Shown here: positions 48,101 to 60,100 of the stretch, piece by piece
Layout: every line of letters starts with the position of its first letter
Position numbering within the stretch: the stretch's first letter is position 1
Assembly: GCA_002269645.1 (NCBI GenBank)
Contig: NIVC01000130.1
Location: 1-64,000 of the forward strand
Source: Macrostomum lignano
Lineage: Eukaryota
Reading direction: 5' to 3'
Length of the DNA stretch: 64,000 bases
The notes under the pieces: model-generated
What the model was told of the DNA's origin: nothing
The model's input: the letters and a program-made list of their open reading frames with translations, nothing else
Databases searched by the model: none
Made by a program: the position numbers and the translations under genes

Positions 48101-51100
48101 AGCTTTTGGGGAAATCCAAAAATTGGGGGCAAGTTTTATGAAAATTTGTTTTTTGGCAATTTGAAAGCAATAAAGCTATAAAATAAATTTATTCAAGTTT
48201 TTAAAAAGTAAAAAAGTCTATTAAAGCACAAATTATTATCGTATAGCTTTATTTTTAATAAAATGATTTGTTAAAACGGTAAGTTTAATTACGACCTAAA
48301 ATGAGTCTAATGAAAATGATAGAAAAGCTATAATAATGTATTTTATTTACTTTAACTATCTTATAATGTTACACTCTATAATTCTACAACATATTTAACA
48401 TTATTTTCAAGGGTTTATTTGTTTATCACTTTCGTTACTCTTGACAACGTGTATTTTGTAGAGTTCGTTTGCAATAAATTGTATTCAACATAAGTTTATT
48501 ATTTAAACATACAAATTCCCGTAAGGATCGGAAAATTGCATTTTACTCAGCTTCTACTGAAGCGATTTGGAAAAATTTTTTTCCTGCATACACGCTGCAA
48601 TGATACATGTTTTAGTGTAATTTCATTGTTCTTCGTCGCTTAATAAGCATACAGTAAGCATCTGATTTGGAAGCCGGGTAACACATTGGAATTCCCATAA
48701 GGATTGGAAAATTGCATTTTACTCAGCTTCTACTGAAGCGATTTGGAAATTTCTTTTTTTTCCTGCATACACACCGCGATGATACATGTTTTAGTGTAAT
48801 TTCATTGTTCTTCGTCGCTTAATAAGCATATAGTAATCATCTGATTTGGAAGCCGGGTAACACATTGGAATTCCCATAAGGATTGGAAAATTGCATTTTA
48901 CTCAGCTTCTACTGAAGCGATTTGGAAAATTCTTTTTTTCTTGCATACACGCCACGATGATGCATGTTTTAGTGTAATTTCATTGTTCTTCGTCGCTTAA
49001 TAAGCATACAGTAAGCATCTGATTTGGATGCCGGGTTCACATTTTGTGGTACCATTTTTTACCCAAAATTTTTAAGTCTAAATATAGGCATATTACAAAT
49101 ACTAATACTATGCAAGTTGATATTTAAATGAAAGAAAACAACTTAAAGATTATTTTGCAACAAGAAATTAGCGATACATTTACATTTAGAGAAAGATGTT
49201 TGCTGGCAAACTTTGCACTTTATATTAGTATGAATTTTTGCGAGTTTATATGGTTTCAGAAAAACTTTGAAATCCTTAGAAATACTTCATCTTTTTGAAT
49301 TGAATAAAAAGTAAAACACAGATTACTTTCTGTTTTGTAAGTAGTAAAAAAATTAGCCTTCTCTAAGGCCTACAAGTCTTAAAATTAATTGTTTAATAAT
49401 GAAAAAAAGTGCAACAAAAAATTGCAAATCAGTCAACTCGGACTTTCAAAATGCTTTTTTGTGGTTTTTTCTTATTTATTCAACAATATAAAGCATGAAA
49501 ACAATAGTTTTTATCCAGAACTATTTTCTAAAGACCTATCTATCTTTCAAAAACCTTTTTTAGATACATTACTTTCCATCAAATGTCCGCAGATTTGTTT
49601 TACCGTTTTATCCCACGTTTTTGGATTTCGCCTTTTGCATTTTAGAATATGAAACTTGTGCAAAAAATCTATGTAAATTTCTGTTCCAAAATTGCAATGC
49701 AAAGGTTATATCCTGGCATATATATATTTTTTTATTAAGGCCCTAGCAAAACTAAAGGCACCACTGCTGTCAACATTACCATTGCCATTAAAGTTATTTA
49801 TCAATGTCAATTATTCATGGTATTAGGTATCATCTTAATAGTAGCAAATACATAGATAAAAACAAATTTATTCAGTCAAATTTTATCATTCATTAATATT
49901 TCTTATATGCTAATTATAATTTGTTCAACTATGGTTATACTAAAGAACTTGAATTTTTAGCACTAATGAAAGAACTGTTGGTTTTTTATAGTTGTATTTA
50001 TTTATTAGAATATTCAAATTGTGCTTTTTGTGATTGTGATTTTTTATAGTTCCTTAGGAGGGAAAATTTTATAGTTTTTAGTATTAATAAATCAAAATTT
50101 AATTTAAATTGTTAAATGCTTGAAGCAAGTGTGCAATGCTATTTATATAGTATGACAAAGTAACTTTTAGTTTACTATGTAATAAATTGGGTCTTCATAG
50201 TAAGAGACTATCTTTATAGGTCTATAGGTTGCAAGACAATGCCAGGGCCACAAATAAAAGGAGAGAGGCAATTTATATGCTTAAAAATATATTTTTCTTT
50301 TGTGGTATAATTTGAATAAACTTGAAAGATAACTTAAGTATAGATTTGATACAATATAAATATAAATAAATTACTGCCACAAAGTTGCAGGAAAAATAAA
50401 GCACCTGATAGCTTGTATCATGACATTTGTATTCCTTTTGTACCTGTGGAGCGACTTAAGTGACTCTGGGACACTTCTTGGCATAGGTGACATTTTAATA
50501 ATGTTAGCATTCTAACTGTGTTTGTACTGCCCCCCCCCCCGCCCCACTCACACAGATGGCCTCCTCCGACAAAGACTTCCGATTCATGGCCACAAACGAT
50601 CTAATGCAGGAGTTGCAACGCGATTCGCTCAATATGGACGACGATTCCGAGAAGAAGATTGTACGAATGCTCCTGTCTAGACTGGAGGATCAGGTTGGCG
50701 AAGTTCAAAATCTCGCTGTGAAGTGTCTTGGACCGCTTGTGCTGAAGGTATATAAGTAATTAACTATTTACTGCTAATATTTTCTGACTATTACAGTTAG
50801 TATTAGTTTCTTTGATTTGACAGTCATGTTAAAAGTTTTTTGATGGCTATTTTTCCTTAGGTTAAAGAAGCTCAAGTTGAGCATATTCTCGACTACCTGT
50901 GCAAGCAGTTATCTGGGTCGCCTAATCCTCTACTAAAGGATACCAGCGCTATTGGTTTGAAGACTATTATTGCTGCCGTGCCACCTACCGATCTTCAATT
51001 GCAGGTGAAACTTCTGTAAATTTGTCACTGTATCTAATTTAGCGCTCAGAGACTCAATAATTGGTCACTGCATCCAATCTAGTGCTCAGGGACTCAATAA

Positions 51101-54100
51101 TTGGTCACTGCATCCAATCTAGTGCTCAGGGACTCAATAATTGGTCACTGCATCCAATCTAGTGCTTAGAGACTCAATAATTGGTCACTGCATCCAATCT
51201 AGTTGCTCAGGGACTCAATAATTTGTCACTGCATCTAATCTAGTTGCTCAGGGACTCAATAATTTGTCACTGCATCCAATCTAGTTGCTCAGGGACTCAA
51301 TAATTTGTCACTGCATCTAATCTAGTTGCTCAGGGACTCAATAATTGGTCACTACGTCCAATCTAGTTGCTCAGGGACTCAATAATTGGTCACTGCATCC
51401 AATCTAGTTGCTCAGGGACTCAATAATTTGTCACTGCATCCAATCTAGTTGCTCAGGGACTCAATAATTGGTCACTGCATCCAATCTAGTTGCTCAGGGA
51501 CTCAATAATTTGTCACTGCATTTAATCTAGTTTCTCAGGGACTTAATAATTTGTCACGGTATCCGATCTAGTGCTCAGAGACTCAATAATTGGTCACGGT
51601 ATCCGATCTAGTGCTCAGAAATGTACTCGCGGATTTATGAGTCACGTGACCATGATCACTTATATTAACAACTGCCCAAAACCGCAGGCCCAGCTGTGCC
51701 GCATAGTAACTCCCAGCCTGTTAGCGGCAATCGATGCCAGAGACAACGATGCCAGTCAGCTGATGGAGTGCCTAGAGATTCTGGCCGACCTGCTAGCTAA
51801 GTTTGGTTCATCACCGCACACTGTGCCGCATCACGGGGCGGCTATGAGAACTGCCCTAGGCCAATTGGACAGCTCCAGACAGTCTGTGCGCAAGAAAGCA
51901 GCTTTAGCTATAGCTCAGCTGGTGCTGTGCTGTAGCCAGACTCTGTTCGACAATTTGATGACTCACTTTCGGTCAGCTCTAGCGCCCGACGGCAAACCGG
52001 ATCAGGTAAGGGAGGGGGGCTCTGTGGAAAATTCGGCAAATCATTAAGTCTAAGTTTGTGGTAACTCATCTGTATTTCTTAACTTTGAGATCTTCAAAAT
52101 CCTCAAGTTAGGATCCCCTTTCTTTCATACCAAATCCTCAAGTTCGAGATCCTAATAATTCCATATCCTCAAGTTTCAGATCCCTATCATTTCATCTCAT
52201 ATTCCCAAATTCGAGATTTCTACCATCACAAATCATCATGAGATCCCTATCATCCCAAATCATAAGGTTTGAGATCCCTATTATCCCATATCCTCAAATT
52301 CAAGATCCCTATCATCCGATATCCTCAAATTTAAGATCCCTATCATCCCATATCCTCAAGTTTGAGATCCCTATATCATCCCATATCCTCAAGTTTGAGA
52401 TCCCTATATCATCCCATATCCTCAAGTTTGAGATCCCTATATCATCCCATATCCTCAAGTTTGAGATCCCTATCATCCCATATCCTCAAGTTTGAGATCC
52501 CTATCATCCCATATCCTCAAGTTTGAGATCCCTATATCATCCCATATCCTCAAGTTTGAGATCCCTATCATCCTATATCCTGAAGTTTTAGATCCCTATC
52601 ATCCCATATCCTCAAGTTTGAGATCCCTATCATCCCATATCCTCAAGTTTGAGATCCCTATCATCCTATATCCTGAAGTTTTAGATCCCTATCATCCTAT
52701 ATCCTGAAGTTTTAGATCCCTATCATCCCAAATCATCAAGTTTTAGATCCCTATCATCCCAAATCATCAAGTTTGAGATCCCTATCATCCCAAATCATCA
52801 AGTTTGAGATCCCTATCATCCCATATCCTGAAGTTTGAGATCCCTATCATCCCATATCCTCAAGTTTGAGATCCCTATCATCCTATATCCTGAAGTTTTA
52901 GATCCCTATCATCCCAAATCATCAAGTTTGAGATCCCTATCATCCCAAATCATCAAGTTTGAGATCCCTATCATCCCATATCCTGAAGTTTGAGATCCCT
53001 CATCCCCCAAATCATCAAGTTTGAGATCCCTATCATCCTATATCCTGAAGTTTTAGATCCCTATCATCCCAAATCATCAAGTTTGAGATCCCTATCATCC
53101 CTTATCCTGAAGTTTTAGATCCCTGTCAAATTTATCCCCCCTCACGTTATCATCCTGTGACTATTCACAACAATATCAAGTGAAAATCAACGACATCGCT
53201 ACCCACCCCGCAAAGGTGAAAACAGCCGTCCAATGCCTTGGCGCTGTCAGCCGGCAAGCTCGCGCCAAATGCGGCCCGCACCTGGCCAGCCTGTTGCCCC
53301 TAGTGATTCATCACTGCCAGTCTGGCGGCGACAGCAAATCCAGCGATATGGACGACGAATTAAGAGAATTATGCTTAGCCTGTCTGGAGGCCTGCGTTCG
53401 CAGCTGTCCAAAAGAATCCGCCAGCTTCGTGCCCAAACTGTTGCCCCTCTGTCTGCAGCTGCTGCGCTACGATCCCAATTATTCATACGATAACGACGAC
53501 AACGACGACGCGGCAATGCCGTCGGCCTACGACAATGACGACGAGCAGCAGGGGGCCAGCGACGACGAAGATGACGAAGACGACGCTTATAGCGACGACG
53601 ACGATTTGTCTTGGAAAGTTCGCCGCGGTGCAGCGAAGACCATACAGTGCTGTGTGTTGAACTATATGGATATGCTGCCGGAGTTCTACGATACCGTGGC
53701 TCCGGTGCTTATTCAGCGGTTTATTGGTGAGCTAGATGATAATAAATCGCGATTTGATGTACGACTAAAAATTGTGTAATCAGTTTGTGCTAATTGAATG
53801 CTGCTTGCTTCTCTGCTAATGGGAATCCCAATCTTGCACACGTCTACTAACTTGTGATTGTAGAATGTGTACATATTGTCATAGGGTGTGTACACTCGGC
53901 AAAGGGTGTGTACATCTCGGCATAGGGTGTGTACATCTCGGCATAGGGTGTGTACATCTCGGCATAGGGTGTGTACATCTCGGCATAGGGTGTGTACACT
54001 TGGCATAGGCTGTGTACATCTTGGCATAGGGTGTGTACATCTCGGCATAGGGTGTGTACACTTGGCATAGGCTGTGTACATCTTGGCATAGGGTGTGTAC

Positions 54101-57100
54101 ATCTCGGCATAGGGTGTGTACACTTGGCATAGGGTGTGTACACTTGGCATAGGCTGTGTACATCTTGGCATAGGGTGTGTACATCTCGGCATAGGGTGTG
54201 TACATGAGTAAACTGGGTGTGTACATGTGGAAATTGGGTAAATTGGACATGTGGAAAATTTTACCATTATCTCTTCGTTAATAATTTTGTACAGAACGCG
54301 AAGAGAACGTCAAAGCGGAGGTGTTTCAGGCTTTCATCGCCCTACTGACTCAAACTCGTAATTTGAGCAGCATTACAGCAGCGGCCGCCGCTGCTGCAGC
54401 CTCCGCTGTGCCATCGTCTGGTTCTGCCGATGATCGCATGGACATTGACGAATCTTCTCCAGCTAGACAGCTAGCAGGATTAGTGCCAGCCATTGTGCAG
54501 AATCTTCACCGAGCACTGCGACACCGATCTGTGCGAACTAGAAGTGGCGCTTTTCATATTCTGCGCGAACTGTGTGGCGTATTGCCAGGCTGTTTGAGCG
54601 TACACCTGGGCCACGTGCTGCCGGGCTTGCGGTTCACTATCAAGTAATTGTTTTTTGGGGCACTTTGTTAAACATTTCTATCTGGTTTCATTTCTTATAG
54701 TGTTTCTAGGGTCTACTGTAGTCTGTCTAGAGGTTAAGATCTTAGATTAAGGTGTTTAGACTGAATTGTCTCTAGATGTGTAAGTGTCTAGATTAGCATG
54801 TCTGTCTGTATTTTAGTTGTCTGTAGATTAGGTATTTGTCTATACATGTAGATTAGGTATCTATTTGTAGATTCTGTAGATTATAGATTGGGGCATCTGT
54901 CTATAGATTAGGGTGTCTGTCTGTCGATTGGGGTGTCTGTAGAATGTGGTGTCTGTCTGTAGAATGTGGTGTTGTCTGTAGATTTTGGTGTTGTCTGTAG
55001 ATTGGCGTGTCCGTCTGTAGATTAGGGTGTCGTCTTTAGATGGGGTATCTATCTGTCTAGATTGGAGTATCTGTCTGTACATTGGTTTATCTGTCGGGAG
55101 ACTAAAGAAAGCATCTTTCCGAACGTATCGTATCAGATAAATGTGATGCGATAAAGCTACAAAATCAAGCAAATATGATAGTCAAATATTTTAAAATTTC
55201 CTGGGGTCATGACCTAACTTTTGGAGGAGCTGGTGTCTTTGCCCCCACTCACATCTACTGATTAAACCACAGAACTTGACCATTGGATCGAAGTTTTTCA
55301 TATAATATCTCAAAATTCTGCACGTATCCTTATCATGCTACTTACTCATTCTATTGCAGCGACAAATCGGTGAACAACACAAAAATCGACGCCATACAAT
55401 TTCTCAACACTCTGCTGCGAACTCACACGCCCGAGACCTTCTATTCGCATCTGCCAGTGATTCTCACCCTAGTGCTGGAATGCGTGAAAGATCCGTTCTA
55501 TCGCATCTGCTCCGAGGCCTTATTGGCCGCCACCATCCTAGCAACTATTATTCGACCATTCAAACCAGCCGGGATTAGTCCGGCGCCGGATCATCAGAAA
55601 CTGACGTCGGTATTGTATCCGGAAGTTAAGCAGGTGCTTGTAGCGATTGACAAAGATCAAGAGGTTAAAGATCGGTCTATTTCGTGCATGTAAGTTTTAT
55701 AGTAGTTTATATTGTTCCGATATGTATCGAAAAAACATATTAAAGGGTTGTTAGATTTCATCATATTTTCTTTTGAAACAAAGTTCTTCCTTGAGGATTT
55801 TTTGTTTGACTCAAACTTTCCGACCCCTATTTTTTATCTAGGGCAGTTTATAGGCTCTCAGCTCAAATTTTCATGCGTATCATTAGCTCAAAACTTTACA
55901 ACTTTATTTCACAATCTCATAGCCTTTCACATAGTCAAAAAATATACCTACTTCCGTTAATTCATAAATTAAAAGATTTTTAGTATTTCACATAAAATAT
56001 TGTGTGTACAATATTTACAATATGTCTCAAGCCTCAAGAAAGCGAGTCCAGCTATCCGCTATATTTTGCCGATATGTATCGAAAGTAAACTTAACTACAC
56101 ACTTATATTTACTATTTAACACCTGAACAAGACACAAGATTCAACGATTTAAACAGGATTTAGTAGTTTCTTTATTAAATTTTATTGTGCTTTTTATCCC
56201 CCCCCCAAATTTCAGCGCTTCGATCCTGTACCACTCTGCCGACTGTCTTCAGGCCGAACTGCAGGACTGCCTAACAATTCTGTGCAACCGTCTGCAAAAT
56301 GAAGTCACCCGACTGACTGCCGTCAAAGCTATCGACAAAATCGCCAAATCGCCGTTAAAAATTAATTTGTCCCCTATTCTTGTAAGTCAGATGGTTAAAT
56401 AGATGATAATAAAAATTATAAAAATATTTTGGCAGCGGTGGGATTCGAACCCACGCCCTTTCGGACTGGTGCCTTAAACCAGCGCCTTAGACCGCTCGGC
56501 CACGCTACCTTGGCTAATGCGGCTGGCATTGAAGCCGTTTTATACCGCAAAATTAGCACGCTTTGCTTATCCACGAACATTCCGCCTCTAGGTAGGGGGG
56601 TGTCGCCTTTTCATCGCACCGCGCCCAGGTGCCTTTCATGGCGCCCAGGTGCCTTTCATGGCGCCCAGGTGCCTTTCATGGCGCCCAGGTGCCTTTCATG
56701 GCGCCCAGGTGCCTTTTGATTAATTTTTAATTTTGAAGCCATCATATCTGAAACAATTTCAGAACCAGTGCATCGAGACAATGGGCTCTCTACTAAGAAA
56801 AAATCAACGCTCGCTTCGCATACAAACTCTGTTGTGTTTGCAGACGCTGTTCTCAAATTATAGTGAGTCATTTTGGTGATTTTTACCTACCTGATTTCTG
56901 TAAAAAATTTCCATTTCATTAGTAGTATGTTTGGCAAATAAATTTCATTTATTTTTTAATTCACAGGCTCCCAGGTTAGCCAGCAGCAAATGCTCTGCAT
57001 TATTGAGGAATTGCCGCCACTGATTAGCGGTATAGAAACGGACGTCGCTTCAAGTCAACAATCGGTTGCATTGACAACCGTTCTATTACAACGGGCCGGC

Positions 57101-60100
57101 GCTTTAGCAGCGGAGCCAATCAGATCTCGCGTATTGCCTGTGGCCTGCAGCCTAGCCTACAGTCATCATCTGCACGGCGGCGCTCTGGATGCTTTGTTAG
57201 ACTTCTTTGGCCAGGCTGTGCTGCCGCCGCCTGCCGCCGCTTGCACGGACGGGCCTGAACTGTTGCAGACTCTGCTTCACGGCGAACGGGGACAGGTTAG
57301 TCGGGGTCTATAGCTGTCCGAGGTTTAAGAATTCTAGTTACGAGAATTTTCAATAGAATGCTAATGGGTATGAAAGTCTGGGCTGTGTGTGTATTGCCTG
57401 GGGCGTCTGTAGATCGAGATGTCTGTAGATTAGACTGTCCGATATCAGATTGTCTGTAGATTAGACTGTCCGATATCAGATTGTCTGTAGATTAGAATGT
57501 CCGGTATTAGATTGTCTGTAGATTAGACTGTCCGGTATCAGATTGTCTGTAGATTAGACTGTCCGGTATCAGATTGTCTGTAGATTAGACTGTCCGGTAT
57601 CAGATTGTCTGTAGAGTAGACTGTCCGATATCAGATTGTCTGTAGATTAGACTGTCCGGTATCAGATTGTTTGTAGATTAGAATGTCCGGTATTAGATTG
57701 TTTGTAGATTAGACTGTCCGATATCAGATTGTCTGTAGATTAGACTGTCCGATATCAGATTGTCTGTAGATTAGACTGTCCGATATCAGATTGTCTGTAG
57801 ATTAGACTGTCCGATATCAGATTGTCTGTAGATTAGACTGTCCGGTATCAGATTGTTTGTAGATTAGAATGTCCGGTATTAGATTGTCTGTAGATTAGAC
57901 TGTCCGGTATCAGATTGTCTGTAGATTAGACTGTCCGGTATCAGATTGTCTGTAGATTAGACTGTCCGGTATCAGATTGTCTGTAGAGTAGACTGTCCGA
58001 TATCAGATTGTCTGTAGATTAGACTGTCCGGTATCAGATTGTTTGTAGATTAGAATGTCCGGTATTAGATTGTTTGTAGATTAGACTGTCCGATATCAGA
58101 TTGTCTGTAGATTAGACTGTCCGATATCAGATTGTCTGTAGATTAGACTGTCCGATATCAGATTGTCTGTAGATTAGACTGTCCGATATCAGATTGTCTG
58201 TAGATTAGACTGTCCGGTATCAGATTGTTTGTAGATTAGAATGTCCGGTATTAGATTGTCTGTAGATTAGACTGTCCGGTATTAGATTGTCTGTAGATTA
58301 GACTGTCCGGTATCAGATTGTCTGTAGATTAGACTGTCCGATATCAGATTGTCTGTAGATTAGACTGTCCGATATCAGATTGTCTGTAGATTAGACTGTC
58401 CGGTATCAGATTGTTTGTAGATTAGAATGTCCGGTATTAGATTGTCTGTAGATTAGACTGTCCGGTATCAGATTGTCTGTAGATTAGACTGTCCGGTATC
58501 AGATTGTCTGTAGATTAGACTGTCCGGTATCAGATTGTCTGTAGAGTAGACTGTCCGATATCAGATTGTCTGTAGAGTAGACTGTCCGGTATCAGATTGT
58601 CTGTAGATTAGACTGTCCGATATCAGATTGTCTGTAGATTAGACTGTCCAGTATCAGATTGTCTGTAGATTAGACTGTCCAGTATCAGGTTGTCTGTAGA
58701 TTAGACTGTCCAGTATCAGATTGTCTGTAGATTAAACTGTCCGTAACCGAGTTGTCTAGAGTAGACTGTCCTAATTGCGGTGTCTAGATATGAGTGTTTA
58801 CAATTTCGGTTGCCCACAGTCAGTAGACCCTATTATCTATAGATCACGGTTCCTGACAGATTATCTGCCATCTACCCCGAATTCAACATTGCAGACATTT
58901 TTCGCCGCCCCTGTCACTGGCGCAATGCGCAACGAAGTGTACTTTAATTTGGCTAGGTGCGCCGCCCAAATCACTGTGCACTGCTCCGACTCGGCCAGGT
59001 CTGCTCTAATCCGCGACTGGATCGCTTTGGTAACAGCCCAGCAACAGTCGGCCGATAGTCGCAGGCTGTTTGCCCTGCTCACTCTGGGCGAAATTGGCAA
59101 GCACGTGTGAGTAGTCTGGGATTTCGCTTTTTGTACACTTTGTGCTGTTGGGTTGGGTTAGCTGTGGCTGCAGAGAGTCGGATCGGATTAGCATAGAGCC
59201 TGTGGGGTGTGGGATCGGATTAGCATAGAGCCTGTGGAGTGTGGGATCGGATTAGCCTAGAGACTGTGGGTGTGGGATCGGATTAGCATAGAGCCTGTGG
59301 AGTGTGGGATCGGATTAGCCTAGAGACTGTGGGTGTGGGATCGGATTAGCATAGAGCCTGTGGAGTGTGGGATCGGATTAGCCTAGAGACTGTGGGTGTG
59401 GGATCGGATTAGCATAGAGACTGTGGGTGTGGGATCGGATTAGCCTAGAGCCTGTGGGGTGTGGGATCGGATTAGCCTAGAGGCTGTGGGGTGTCGGATC
59501 GGATAGCTTAGATTCTGTGGGGTGTGGGATCGGATTAGCCTAGAGACTGTGGGTGTGGGATCGGATTAGCATAGAGCCTGTGGGGTGTGGGATCGGATTA
59601 GCCTAGAGCCTGTGGGGTGTGGGATCGGATTAGCCTAGAGGCTGTGGGGTGTCGGATCGGATAGCTTAGATTCTGTGGGGTGTGGGATCGGATAGCTTAG
59701 AGGCTGTGGGGTGTGGGATCGGATTAGCCTAGAGGCTGTGGTGTGGGATCGGATTAGCATAGAGCCTGTGGGGTGTGGGATCGGATTAGCCTAGAGGCTG
59801 TGGGGTGTGAGATCGGATTAGCATAGAGCCTGTGGGGTGTGGGATCGGATTAGCCTAGAGCCTGTGGGGTGTGGGATCGGATTAGCATAGAGCCTGTGAG
59901 GTGTGGGGTGTGGGATCGGATTAGCCTAGAGGCTGTGGGGTGTCGGATCGGATTAGCATAGAGGCTGTGGGGAGTGGGATGGGATTAGCCTAGAGACTGC
60001 ATTGCAAACCGACCATTTGTTTTCAGCGACCTAAGCCCGCACCAGGACCTGAGAGAGGCGCTGTCAGCCTCATTCCACAATCCCCAGGAGGAGTGGCAGA

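Noticed and set aside
53713-54267. Cys/His/Met-rich minus-strand ORFs
   Set aside because: Translations of the 20/21-bp array in CAND1 intron 5.
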